Shown here piece by piece: positions 48,294 to 58,034 of a DNA stretch of 64,000 nucleotides (position 1 is its first letter; each line of letters starts with the position of its first letter). Both the position numbers and the translations under genes were made by a program. This DNA comes from Candidatus Multivorans sp. (GTDB lineage Bacteria; Acidobacteriota; Thermoanaerobaculia; Multivoradales; Multivoraceae). The stretch lies in assembly GCA_965224025.1 (NCBI GenBank), contig OZ245033.1:2592001-2656000 (forward strand), in the 5' to 3' direction. Under the pieces are notes generated by a model, which saw only the letters and a program-made list of their open reading frames with translations, ran no database searches and was not told the DNA's origin.

Positions 48294-49670
48294 CTAAGGA
48301 ACGAACTGGCCGCCGGCCGGCTTCGTCTTCGGTCGGGAGCGTCGTCGCCGCAGCCACTGGCCGGTAGGCCCTGCGGCCGCAGCCAGCACGAGAACCCAGG
48401 GCAGAACGGCCTCGGGGACCGCATCCAACAGTGGCGCCAAGGGCCGGTACTGCATCAATTCGGAACCCCGCTCGCCGGTCCAGTGCCAGGCAGTGTGGAC
48501 GATCAGGGCAGAGATGAGGATGATCCCCAGCCGCTCGTTGGGAAGGCGACGGAAGACGAGGTCGAGCAGCGGAACGAGCAGCAGCAGGACCAGGATCTGA
48601 CCGAGTTCGACGCCGACGTTGAAGGCTAGCAGCGAGGTCACGAGATGCGAACCGGCGAACTGGAGCGATTCGCTGAGGGCGAAGGAGAAGCCGAAGCCGT
48701 GGACGAGTCCGAAGCCGAAGGCGGCGGCCCAGCGACGGTCGCTCCCCACGCCCAGGATGTTCTCGAAGGCCATGTAGACGATCGAGAGGGCGATCAGCAC
48801 TTCCACCAGGGTGGGAAACCAGAGGGCTCTGGGCGCCAGACCCGCGGCGGAGGCGATCAGGGTGATCGAGTGGGCGACCGTGAACGAGGTGACGACGAGG
48901 ACGAGTTGCCGCAGGCGGCGGAGCGGGGCCACCAGGCAGACCAGGAACAGCAGGTGATCGAGCCCGCCGAGGATGTGCTCGAAGCCCATGGCCACGAAGT
49001 GGAGGCCGGCCTGGCCCCAGTGCGGGTCGAGCCGGACGCGACCAAGCTCGGCGGCGAGTTGGAGGACTCTCGAATCGCCGTCGGGCGACTCGTAGCGAAT
49101 CACGGTCAGGACGCGCAGGCCGAGCCGACCGAAGCGCGGGTCGATCGAGAATCGGGTCCTCCTGGCGTCGGACGAGCCCGCGGCGGACGTCTCCAAGTGG
49201 ACATCGAGCAGTGCCTGGCGCCAGGCGAGCTGCGATGTCGCCGGCAGCGGCAATCCGTGGATGTGTTTCAGGGCGCGGTCGAAACCGCTGAAGGATCGGT
49301 CGGACGGGATCGATATGCGGGCGGCCTGAACGGTCGTCGTCGGCAGCTTGTCGCGACCAGCGTAGAGGTCGAGGTTGGGCGTGATCCAGCGGTTGGCGGC
49401 TTCCACGAGCAGGCCGCCGGCGCGTAGCGCCTCGAGGTCCAGAATGCCCCGGTAGTCGACCGGGAATTGCATCTCCTGCATCGCTTCGAGCGGCGTTCGC
49501 ACAAGCACCTGGAGCCGATCGTCCTGCTGCCGGACCAGCACCTGGACCGTCACGCTGCCGGGCACCTCGTGGGCGGCCGCGGGCTCGCCGGCGAGGAAGA
49601 GCGACGCTGCGGCGAGAAGGGCGCCTAGAAGCGCAGGTGGGAAGCGAGCGTTGGAGCGGAGGTGGCTCAG
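48294..49670 (-). CDS. HupE/UreJ family membrane protein with N-terminal extracytoplasmic domain
   Basis: GFEHILGGLDHLLF, FTVAHSITL, FGLVHGFGF, FNVGVELGQ; signal peptide ending AAAHEVP lies upstream of GTG 49565, so the start is uncertain. Confidence 0.85.
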   Translation of the reverse strand: MSHLRSNARFPPALLGALLAAASLFLAGEPAAAHEVPGSVTVQVLVRQQDDRLQVLVRTPLEAMQEMQFPVDYRGILDLEALRAGGLLVEAANRWITPNLDLYAGRDKLPTTTVQAARISIPSDRSFSGFDRALKHIHGLPLPATSQLAWRQALLDVHLETSAAGSSDARRTRFSIDPRFGRLGLRVLTVIRYESPDGDSRVLQLAAELGRVRLDPHWGQAGLHFVAMGFEHILGGLDHLLFLVCLVAPLRRLRQLVLVVTSFTVAHSITLIASAAGLAPRALWFPTLVEVLIALSIVYMAFENILGVGSDRRWAAAFGFGLVHGFGFSFALSESLQFAGSHLVTSLLAFNVGVELGQILVLLLLVPLLDLVFRRLPNERLGIILISALIVHTAWHWTGERGSELMQYRPLAPLLDAVPEAVLPWVLVLAAAAGPTGQWLRRRRSRPKTKPAGGQFVP

Positions 49671-49696
49671 TCGGTCGGCACGTCTTTCAGCTTTCT

Positions 49697-49975
49697 TCAG
49701 CCGAGCAGCCGGAGCAGAGCGAACACCGCTGCCAGTTGGCCGGCCAGGAGGGCTGCGGCAACGCCGTAGAGCGTCCGGGTCATCCGCGTTTCCAGGGCTG
49801 CCAGGTCAGCGCGGAGCGCCGCCATCGCAGCGTCCAGGTCGGCCCGTGTCACCGTATCGGCGCTGCTGACCGCGCCGCCGATCGCTTCCGTCACCGCCTC
49901 CGCATGAGCCGGGTCCATTCCGGCTTGTTCCAGGGCACGGGCAGTGGCCAGCGAGTCGAAGATCGTCCTGCTCAT
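49697..49975 (-). CDS. Small coiled-coil protein with C-terminal TM (DUF1640/CCDC90-like)
   Basis: FDSLATARALEQAGM..AEAV, VTRADL, LETRM, hydrophobic tail. Confidence 0.75.
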   Translation of the reverse strand: MSRTIFDSLATARALEQAGMDPAHAEAVTEAIGGAVSSADTVTRADLDAAMAALRADLAALETRMTRTLYGVAAALLAGQLAAVFALLRLLG

Positions 49976-50159
49976 TGTTTGAAGCTTAGCGCAGGTCGGC
50001 ACGCCTCGGGGCGGCCCACGGCGCTTCCTGGCTGCTCGACGGGCCCGCAGACTTGGGGGCAGGCGGCTCCGTTGTACACTCGCGGCACCGTCCCGGAAGC
50101 AGCAGGGGAGAGTAGCAAACGCGCAGGATGAGGGACTCGAACCCCTCGGAGGGCCGACG

Positions 50160-51401
50160 ATGACATCGAACCGTTCACACTGTGCTCTTGGCTGCGTTGC
50201 GGCCCTTGGACTGGTCCTCGCCGCTTGTGGCGACGTTGGCCGTTACGGCGGAGACGATGCCGCCGGCGACGGGCCGATGGCGCCGCGTTTCGAAGTCGAC
50301 CCGTTCTGGCCCAAGCCGCTGCCGAACCACTGGATTCTGGGTCCGGCGATCGGCGTCGCGGTCGATTCCCGCGATCACGTCTGGATCGTCCATCGGAACA
50401 CCCCGAACGCCTTCGGCGCGATCAACGAGATCGGCGCGGCCCAGGATCCGCCCCTCTCCGAGTGCTGCATCCCGGCGCCGCCGGTGCTCGAGTTCGACCC
50501 CGACGGCAACCTGATCGGGCACTGGGGCGGACCCAGCGAAACCGGTGAGTACGAGTGGCCGGCCTCAAACCACGGCATCCTCGTCGACCACATGGACAAC
50601 GTGTGGATCGGCGGCAACGGGGGCGGCGACTCCCACGCGCTGAAGTTCACCCGCGACGGCCAGTTCCTGATGCAGGTCGGGAAGGCGAACGCCCGCGTCA
50701 ACGAGGGCGCCGGCGAAGATGCGCCGGCCTTCGTGCGCGACAGCCACGACATGGAGAACTTCGGCCGCGTGGCGAAGCTCTCGGTCGATCCCGAGGCGAA
50801 CGAGATCTACGTCGCCGACGGCTACTTCAACCGCCGCGTCGTCGTGATCGACGCCGACACGGGCGAGTTCAAGCGCTACTGGGGCGCCTACGGCGAGGCC
50901 CCCGACGACGAGCTGGACCTCGGCCGGTACGCGCCGGGCGATCCGCCCGCGACCCAGTTTCGAGGCCCGGTCCACTGCGCCGACATCTCCGCCGACGGGC
51001 TTCTCTACGTCTGCGACCGCGCCGCCGACCGCATTCAGGTCTTCCAGGCCGACGGCGCCTACGTCGACGAGGTGTTCATCGCTCCCGAGACCCTTTCCCA
51101 GGGGTCGACCTGGGACGTTGCCTTCTCGCCCGACGAGGAACAGAAGTTCCTCTACCTCGCGGATGGCCAGAACATGAAGGTCTACGTGATCGAGCGCGAG
51201 AGCATGGAGGTCCTCTACGCCTTCGGCGACGGCGGCCGCCAGCCCGGCCAGTTCTTTGCCGTCCACAGCATCGCCACGGACTCGAAGGGCAACATCTACA
51301 CGACCGAGACCTACGAGGGGAAGCGGCTCCAGAAGTTTGTCAACCTGGGGATGCGGCCGGCGCCGGAGGAGGATCTGGGGACTCCCTGGCCGGCTGAGTA
51401 G
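50160..51401 (+). CDS. NHL-repeat beta-propeller lipoprotein (PAL-like)
   Basis: Lipobox LAAC; VDPFWPKPLP, IYVADGYFNRRV, LYVCDRAADRIQVF. Confidence 0.85.
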   Translation: MTSNRSHCALGCVAALGLVLAACGDVGRYGGDDAAGDGPMAPRFEVDPFWPKPLPNHWILGPAIGVAVDSRDHVWIVHRNTPNAFGAINEIGAAQDPPLSECCIPAPPVLEFDPDGNLIGHWGGPSETGEYEWPASNHGILVDHMDNVWIGGNGGGDSHALKFTRDGQFLMQVGKANARVNEGAGEDAPAFVRDSHDMENFGRVAKLSVDPEANEIYVADGYFNRRVVVIDADTGEFKRYWGAYGEAPDDELDLGRYAPGDPPATQFRGPVHCADISADGLLYVCDRAADRIQVFQADGAYVDEVFIAPETLSQGSTWDVAFSPDEEQKFLYLADGQNMKVYVIERESMEVLYAFGDGGRQPGQFFAVHSIATDSKGNIYTTETYEGKRLQKFVNLGMRPAPEEDLGTPWPAE

Positions 51402-51419
51402 GAAGCGGACTTGGGCCGC

Positions 51420-51864
51420 TTGGCCGAACGAGTTCAGGAATTCGACAACCCGCTCCCGCCCGCGAAACGTGCCGCGGACCTCGTCGCCGTTCGTGTGCCG
51501 GACGTTCAGTTCGTAGCGGACGAAGTCGGAGGTCCGCGTCCGGCGTGCTTTCCTCGGAGGACACGTCCACCCCTTCGGTCGCGAAAGCCTGGATGACGGG
51601 ATTGTAGGGGCAGTAGGCCAGATGGAAACGGTGAGATCGCAGTTGGGCGAGCGATCCTCCTGTGAACTCTCCCGCGAGAACGGTGCCCAGGAACGGCTGC
51701 CGGCGAGCGTAGGTCTCCGCGAGGGGAGCGGTCGCGCTTTGAATCTCCTGGACCTTGTTCCGCGAGTGTTTGGTGTATCTCCGCCAAGCTGTTTCGATGA
51801 AAGCGACTGGCTCGCCGCGCGTTTCCTCGGAACCTCCCTCTTCCAGAACATAGTCGAGATCGTT
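51420..51864 (-). pseudogene. Internal remnant of a putative restriction endonuclease-like gene
   Basis: Start-less frame DLDYVLEEGGSEETRGEPVAFIETAWRRYTKHSRNKVQEIQSA...; second break near 51525; more A/T-rich by eye. Confidence 0.55.
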
Positions 51865-52046
51865 GCGGCGGCGATGGTGAACGCCTCGTGGGCCGTGAGG
51901 TGCTCCTCTTCCTTGAGCCCCGGCGGCGGCAGGTAGTGATCGGCGTACCAGATGCTGTCCCAGGGACCCTGGTCGAGCAGCTCGGCCACTTCGCGGATGC
52001 TGTCCCAGGTGTTTCGGTAAACGGTGACCTGCGCGCCGAACCTCAC
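51865..52046 (-). pseudogene. 5' fragment of an LLM-class flavin oxidoreductase
   Basis: MRFGAQ...WDSIWYADHY...EAFTIAAA; similarity ends after ~60 aa. Confidence 0.75.
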
Positions 52047-52065
52047 GTCTTGATCCTCCCGGTCA

Positions 52066-53043
52066 TCAACCCGCGTTCTCCATGACCGTCTTGCCGATGA
52101 CCTTGCGGTCCATCATGTCTCGCAACGCTTGCGGAATCTGCTCCAGGGGGTAGCGCCGCGAGATGTAGGGCTTGATCTTGCCCGCGGCGGCGAGAGCCTC
52201 CGTCTCGAGCCGGGCCGCTTCGAAGATCTCCGGCTCGCGCATCCTGGAGGCGCCCCAGAACACGCCGACGATGTCGCAGCCCTTGAGCAGAGTGAGGTTG
52301 AGCGGCATTCGCGGAATGCCGGCGGTGAAGCCGATGACCAGAAACCGGCCGCGCCAGGCCGTAGACCGCAGCGCTGCTTCGGCATACTCGCCGCCGACCG
52401 CGTCGTAGACGACGTCGACGCCCTTGCCCCCGGTCAACTCCTTGGCGCGGACCTTCAAGTCCTCCTCGGTGTAGTTGATCGTCTCGTCGGCGCCGCGCTG
52501 GCGGCATAGCGCCAGCTTCTCCTCGGTCGAGGCGGCGGCGATCACCCGTGCGCCCATCACCTTGCCCAGCTCGAGTGCGGCGAGGCCGACGGCGCCGGCG
52601 GCGCCGAGCACGAGGAGCGTCTCCCCCGGCTTCAGATCGCCCCGGTACTTCAAAGCGTAGTGGCCGGTGCCGTAGGCGTAGCCGTAGCCGGTGGCGTCGG
52701 CGCAACCGAGACCCTGGGGCAGTTTGCGAACCTGGGACGCGGACAGCAGCACCTGCTCCGCGAAGCCGCCGGTGCCGCCGCCGCCGACCACGTCGTCACC
52801 GACCGCCAAGCCGTCGACATCCGGGCCGACAGCGGCGACCGTGCCGCCCACCTCGCCGCCGACGACGAAGGGCGATTCCCCGCGGAACTGGTACCGGTTC
52901 TCGATCATCAGCGTGTCGGGGAACGTGATCGCCGCCGCCCGGATGTCGACGACGACTTCGCCCGGACCGGGGACCGGATCCGCCAGCTCCTCGATCGTCA
53001 GGTTCTCCGGGGGACCGAACTCACTGCATACGACTGCCTTCAT
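52066..53043 (-). CDS. NADPH:quinone oxidoreductase (MDR family)
   Basis: GETLLVLGAAGAVG, GVDVVYDAVGG, GRFLVIGF. Confidence 0.92.
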   Translation of the reverse strand: MKAVVCSEFGPPENLTIEELADPVPGPGEVVVDIRAAAITFPDTLMIENRYQFRGESPFVVGGEVGGTVAAVGPDVDGLAVGDDVVGGGGTGGFAEQVLLSASQVRKLPQGLGCADATGYGYAYGTGHYALKYRGDLKPGETLLVLGAAGAVGLAALELGKVMGARVIAAASTEEKLALCRQRGADETINYTEEDLKVRAKELTGGKGVDVVYDAVGGEYAEAALRSTAWRGRFLVIGFTAGIPRMPLNLTLLKGCDIVGVFWGASRMREPEIFEAARLETEALAAAGKIKPYISRRYPLEQIPQALRDMMDRKVIGKTVMENAG

Positions 53044-53077
53044 TGCTTGCCTCTTCCGTGTGTCGTGAATCGTCTGC

Positions 53078-54658
53078 CTAGATCGCGCGGTCGCGTCCCT
53101 TCCAGTACGGTGCGCGCACCAGGCCGCGCTGGATCTTGCCCGTGGGCATGCGGGGCAGGTCGGTTGCGAAGTCGATGGAACGGGGGCGCTTGAAGTCGGG
53201 CAGGTTCTCGCGGCACCAGGTCAGGAGCTCCTCGGCGAGTTCCTCGCCCGCTTCGTAGCCAACGCCTACTTCGACCACGGACTTGACGCTCTCGCCCCTC
53301 TCCTCGTGGGGCACGCCGACGGTGCACACCTCGTACACCGCGGGGTGCTGTTGCAGCACGTCGTCGATTTCCTGGGGGTAGATGTTCACGCCGCCGGCGA
53401 TGATCGTTTCCGCGGAGCGGCCGGTGAGGAACAGGTAGCCGTCCTCGTCGACGTAGCCCATGTCGCCCATCGTGAAGAAGTCGCCGCGATATGCCGAGGC
53501 GGTCTTGTCGGGGGCCTTGAAGTACTCGAACCGGTTCTCGGACGCCTGGAAGTACACGGTGCCGGTGGTTCCAGTCGGCACGTCCTCGCCGTCGTCGTCG
53601 AGGACCTTGTACTTCGTTCCCTCGACCGTGCGGCCGACGCTGCCGGGCTTCCTGAGCCACTCCTCCGAGTCGACGAAGAACGTGCCGCCCTCGGTGGCGG
53701 CGTAGTACTCCCAGACTACCGGGCCGAACCACTCGATGATCTGGTGCTTGATGTGGACCGGAGTCGGCGCCGCGCCGTGGACCAGCCAACGCATCGAGGA
53801 GACATCGTAACGATCGCGGATCACCCGCGGCAGCGCCAGCACGCGGTGGAACATCGTCGCCACCATGTGCGTGTGGGTCGCCCGGTGCCTGTCGATCAGG
53901 GCGAGCGTCTCCTCGGCGTCCCACTTGTCCATCAGCACCGAGCCGACGCCGGCGCCCATCGGTATCGCCAGGTTCAGGCCGAGCGGCGCGGCGTGGTAGA
54001 GCGGTCCGGTGACCAGGGAGCAGTCCGTGTCGGGTTCGAAGTCGCCCGACTCGCGGACTGCCAGCAGGAACGGCGTCGGCGTCGCGTCGGCCTTGCGGTA
54101 GACGCCCTTGGGATGGCCGGTCGTACCCGAGGTGTAGAGCATCGGCGCGCCGAGGATCGGGTTCTCGATGTTCGAGCCGTCTTCCGCCGCGAGCGCGTCG
54201 TCGTAGGACTCCGCGCCCTCGATCTCGCCGCCGACGACGAGCGTCAGGCGCAGGTGGCTCGACTCTGCTTGCGCCAAGGCAACGGCCGGTGCGAAGGCCA
54301 CGTCCGCGATCAGCACCCGCGCTTCGCAGTTCGCGACGATGTAGGCGACCTCGGGTGGTGAGATGTGCCAGTTGATCGGCGTCATGCGTCCGCCGGAGCG
54401 CTGGCAGGCGGCGACCGTTTCGACGAACTCGGGCCGGTTCCGGCACAGCAGGGCGACGCCTACGTCAGGACCGACGCCGTGCGCCCGCAGCACGCGGACA
54501 AGACGGTTCGCATTGGCGTTCAGATCGCCGAGCGTCCGGCTGCCGAACTTCGACAGAACGACCATCCGCTCGGGCGCCGCCTCCGCGTGCACCGCGACGC
54601 CCATGCCGTAGGGCGCGGCGGCCATGAGTCGTTCCTGCAGTTGGGGATCGATCGCCAT
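53078..54658 (-). CDS. Acyl-CoA synthetase (AMP-binding)
   Basis: YTSGTTGHPKG, YYAATEG, TMGDMG, PTGKI. Confidence 0.93.
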   Translation of the reverse strand: MAIDPQLQERLMAAAPYGMGVAVHAEAAPERMVVLSKFGSRTLGDLNANANRLVRVLRAHGVGPDVGVALLCRNRPEFVETVAACQRSGGRMTPINWHISPPEVAYIVANCEARVLIADVAFAPAVALAQAESSHLRLTLVVGGEIEGAESYDDALAAEDGSNIENPILGAPMLYTSGTTGHPKGVYRKADATPTPFLLAVRESGDFEPDTDCSLVTGPLYHAAPLGLNLAIPMGAGVGSVLMDKWDAEETLALIDRHRATHTHMVATMFHRVLALPRVIRDRYDVSSMRWLVHGAAPTPVHIKHQIIEWFGPVVWEYYAATEGGTFFVDSEEWLRKPGSVGRTVEGTKYKVLDDDGEDVPTGTTGTVYFQASENRFEYFKAPDKTASAYRGDFFTMGDMGYVDEDGYLFLTGRSAETIIAGGVNIYPQEIDDVLQQHPAVYEVCTVGVPHEERGESVKSVVEVGVGYEAGEELAEELLTWCRENLPDFKRPRSIDFATDLPRMPTGKIQRGLVRAPYWKGRDRAI

Positions 54659-54770
54659 GCGGGCGTTTCCGCGGGCGCCGAACGAAGCCGGCACCCTGGT
54701 TTCCGGGTTGTTGCGTTGCTCGCGATTCCTGAAAGAGCCGCGAGTGTACCGATAGCTACACTGACCGCCC

Positions 54771-56084
54771 ATGGCCGCCACGAATACACCCGGGTCCGTC
54801 GAACTGACCGGCCTCGACCGCGCCATGCTCGCGGGCGAACACGGAGAAGCGGCCGCGACCGCGATGCGCATCCTGGTGACGATGGCGGGGGTCTACGGCG
54901 CCCGCCGGTTGCTGGACATCGAAGGCGCCCACATCGACGGCTGCCTCTACCACGGCGACTCGGGCGTCGACTTCGCCGAGATGCTGGTGGCGGGCGGCGC
55001 CCGGGTGAGCGTGCCGACGACGCTCAACGTCGGCGGTCTGGACCTGCTGCACCCGGAAGAGTTTGCGGGCTCGCCGGAGCGCCGTGCCAAGGCCCTGCGG
55101 TTGATGGAGTGCTACGAGGAGATGGGCTGCCGGACGATCTGGACCTGCGCGCCCTACCAGGCGACGCCGCGGCCGGAGTTCGGCCAGCAGGTCGCCTGGG
55201 CCGAGAGCAACGCGATCGTGTTTGCGAACTCGGTGCTTGGGGCTCGCACCCACCGCTACGGCGATTTCATCGACATCTGCGCCGCGGTGACCGGCCGCGC
55301 GCCGGCGGTGGGACTGCACCTGGAGGAGAACCGGCGGGGTCAGGTCGTGTTCGATCTGCGTTCGCTACGGCGGTCGCTGACGGCTGCATCGTGGCTTCTG
55401 CCGGTGATCGGCTACCTGGTGGGAGAGCGCTGCGCCAACCGGGTGCCGGTGCTGCTCGGCCTGGAACGGGCCGACGAGGACGGTCTGAAAGCGCTGGGCG
55501 CGGCGGCGGCGTCTTCTGGCGCGGTGGCGCTCTTTCACGCCGTCGGCATCACGCCCGAAGCGCCGACGCTCGAGGCCGCGCTCGGCGGCCGGGAGGCCGA
55601 CGAATGGATCGAGGTCACCGTCTCCGATCTGCGGGCCGGGCTGCGGCGCCTGTCGACGGCGGCGGGCGCCGCGGAACCGGATGGCGGCGCGAACGACCTC
55701 CGGATCGACGTCGTGGCGTTGGGCAGTCCGCACTTCTCGCCGCGCGAGTTCGCGGAGCTGGTGCCGATGATCGAGCGCCACCCGCCGGCCGTGACAGTCG
55801 AGTTCGTGGTCTGCACGAACCGCATATCGCTCGACTTCCTGGAGCGCAGAGGCGCTCTGGATCGCCTGCGCGAACTCGGCGTGCGCGTGGTCGTCGACAC
55901 CTGCGTGGTCGTCGCGCCCATCCTGCGGACGCCGGCGGGGGGAATCCTGATGACGAACTCCGGCAAGTTCGCGCACTACGCGCCGGGCAACGTCGGCTTC
56001 GATGTCGTCTTCGGCAGCCTGTCCGAGTGCGTGCGGTCGGCTCATGCGGGCCGGCTGCGGCGCGACCCGGAGTTGTGGCCGTGA
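54771..56084 (+). CDS. Aconitase X catalytic subunit (DUF521)
   Basis: AHIDGCLY, TCAPY, WAESNAIVFANSVLGART, LGSPH, DTC, TNSGK. Confidence 0.9.
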   Translation: MAATNTPGSVELTGLDRAMLAGEHGEAAATAMRILVTMAGVYGARRLLDIEGAHIDGCLYHGDSGVDFAEMLVAGGARVSVPTTLNVGGLDLLHPEEFAGSPERRAKALRLMECYEEMGCRTIWTCAPYQATPRPEFGQQVAWAESNAIVFANSVLGARTHRYGDFIDICAAVTGRAPAVGLHLEENRRGQVVFDLRSLRRSLTAASWLLPVIGYLVGERCANRVPVLLGLERADEDGLKALGAAAASSGAVALFHAVGITPEAPTLEAALGGREADEWIEVTVSDLRAGLRRLSTAAGAAEPDGGANDLRIDVVALGSPHFSPREFAELVPMIERHPPAVTVEFVVCTNRISLDFLERRGALDRLRELGVRVVVDTCVVVAPILRTPAGGILMTNSGKFAHYAPGNVGFDVVFGSLSECVRSAHAGRLRRDPELWP

Positions 56085-56503
56085 GCGGCGTCGAGCTGCG
56101 CAGCCAGGTCCTGGTCGCCGGCGCCGGCGCCGGGCCGGTGCTGCGCCTGGAAGAGCCACTCTCCTTCTGGGGCGGAGTGGACCCCATGACCGGGCGGATC
56201 ATCGACCGGCGCCATCGCCGGTGCGGTGAGAGCGTCTCGGTCCGCGTCCTGGTCATGCCCTACGGCCGGGGATCGAGCAGTTCGAGTTCGGTGCTGCTCG
56301 AGGGCGTGCGCCTCGGCACGGCGCCGGCCGCCATCGTGCTGCGCGAACTCGACGGCATCCTGGCCCTGGGCGCGGCGGTGGCGCGGGAGCTCTATGAGCG
56401 GTCGCCGCCGGTCGTCGTGCTGCCGGCGAGGGACTGGGAGGCCCTGAGCGAAGGGGCCGAGGCTGCGGTCGACGTCAGCGGCCGTCTGCGGATCGCAGGC
56501 TGA
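56081..56503 (+). CDS. Aconitase X swivel subunit (DUF126)
   Basis: LSFWGGVDPMTG, GRGSSSSS; GTGA overlap with the catalytic subunit. Confidence 0.87.
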   Translation: MSGVELRSQVLVAGAGAGPVLRLEEPLSFWGGVDPMTGRIIDRRHRRCGESVSVRVLVMPYGRGSSSSSSVLLEGVRLGTAPAAIVLRELDGILALGAAVARELYERSPPVVVLPARDWEALSEGAEAAVDVSGRLRIAG

Positions 56504-57725
56504 CGTTCCAGGACGTCCACAGCCAGACCTTGAAGGTGTCGGTGCTCCAGTCGTCGGCGTCGTACCGCGCCAGCTTGATGCCGAAGTCCTGCTTCCATCG
56601 CGTGTTCCACACCGCCATGGCGTCGATCTCGGACCCGTAGTCCATGCTGCCGACCGCGGAGCGGAACTGGTGCCAGCGCACGGTCCAGTTCCAGGTGTCC
56701 AGGTTGTGGTCCAGACGCAGGTAGAGGTCGACGAGGCCGTTGGCCGGCGTGCCGAGGAACTTGTCGGTCCAGCCGTTGAAGCCGTGCAGGGTGGCCAGCG
56801 GCGTGCGGAACCCGTAGGCGCCGTCGCCGTCCAGGGCCTCGCGCACCGCGCGCACGCTGACGTCGCCGCGCGAGAAACCGATCCCGGCCTTCTGGTAGTC
56901 GACGTCGACGCTGCCGGGGTTGTCCGCCCAGTCCTGCTGGACCGCGTACTGGAGTTCCCACAGAACGGCGGCCGCGCCGGCGTCGTGCGAGCCGTTGTAG
57001 CTGGCGCCCCAGTTGGACGTCGAGTTGGCCGCGGCGCCCGGCCGTTCGTAATCCAGCAGGTAGCCGAAGAGCGCCAGGTTGCCCGGGCCCGCCGGCCCCG
57101 AGGCGTGGATCACGTGGGATCCCATCGGCTCCTCGGCGCCGGTGATCCGGTGGGCGCGGTCGAGGAAGGCGTAGCGAAGAGTCCAGTCCGCGCCCACCTG
57201 TGCGTCGAGGGCGGCGGCGTCGAATGCCTGGTGGTGCTGCCGCCAGCCGACCGCGCCGACGAAGCGCTGATCGCCGATCAACAGTTCGGTGCGACCGAGC
57301 GTGAACGCGACCGGCCCGCGTTCGAGCTTCGCCGCTGCCTGGTTGATCGCCGTGAGCGCCGGGTCGGCGATGACCGGACGGTCGCGGACGCCATTGTCGA
57401 GTCCGCCGTAGCCGAGGTTGCGATAGGTGCTGTCGTCGCCGACCGGGGTCACGTCCTCCGCCTCGAGCAGGAAGGAGAAGCCGCGAAAGGCCTTCGTCTG
57501 AAGTTTGAGCGTCGTGCGCAGGGTCGAAGCGAGCGCCGCGCTGTCGAACGCGTCGTCGTCCGACTGCTCGATCCGGTAGCGGAGGCCGACCGAGACGTCC
57601 GCGTCGCGAATGGCCTGTCCGAGCGTTGCCGGCTCCTGGGGAACGTCCTCCTCGTCGCCTTGCGCAAGACCGGGCGAAATGCCGACGGTCGCGCTCAGCG
57701 CGAGCGGAATCAGACACTTGCGCAT
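56475..57725 (-). CDS. Outer-membrane beta-barrel, alginate export family
   Basis: Signal peptide, LRYRIE, QRFVGAVGWRQ, PLATLHGFNGWTDKF. Confidence 0.82.
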   Translation of the reverse strand: MRKCLIPLALSATVGISPGLAQGDEEDVPQEPATLGQAIRDADVSVGLRYRIEQSDDDAFDSAALASTLRTTLKLQTKAFRGFSFLLEAEDVTPVGDDSTYRNLGYGGLDNGVRDRPVIADPALTAINQAAAKLERGPVAFTLGRTELLIGDQRFVGAVGWRQHHQAFDAAALDAQVGADWTLRYAFLDRAHRITGAEEPMGSHVIHASGPAGPGNLALFGYLLDYERPGAAANSTSNWGASYNGSHDAGAAAVLWELQYAVQQDWADNPGSVDVDYQKAGIGFSRGDVSVRAVREALDGDGAYGFRTPLATLHGFNGWTDKFLGTPANGLVDLYLRLDHNLDTWNWTVRWHQFRSAVGSMDYGSEIDAMAVWNTRWKQDFGIKLARYDADDWSTDTFKVWLWTSWNVSLRSADGR

Positions 57726-58024
57726 GATGGGGTTGGGTACTCGGAGAGGAGAAGTTCGGGATGACGGAGACGGGGCGCACTATACAGCCCGGCCTTGGCG
57801 AACTCGTAGGCGTCGTCGGGCGTGCTGCGAGTGCCGAAGATGAAGGCGTCGAACGAGTCGCGGGTGTGGACGTGGAGGTCGCCGAACAGAGCCCGTCTGG
57901 CCGCTTCCTGAGCGGTGGCGGTAGTGGCACCGCAGAGGATGAGGACACTCAGGATTCCGGCTGCGCTGGGGAGGGACTCTCGAATGTCGGCGCCTGCTGG
58001 CGTGGCGGTTGTTGTCGACGGCAT
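57710..58024 (-). pseudogene. Truncated DUF3604 family gene (N-terminus only)
   Basis: ALFGDLHVHTRDSFDAFIFG..TPDDAYEFAKA, then unrelated sequence. Confidence 0.75.
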
Positions 58025-58034
58025 CGTGGCCGGC

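Noticed and set aside
50121-50147. tRNA T-arm-like sequence (GGTTCGAGTCCC on the minus strand), possible att remnant
   Set aside because: No cloverleaf or CCA, imperfect stem, no matching tRNA or integrase in the window
50565-52046. 493-aa ORF as a full-length LLM oxidoreductase
   Set aside because: Only the first ~60 aa are LLM-like; the rest is read-through across a junction and antisense to the NHL gene
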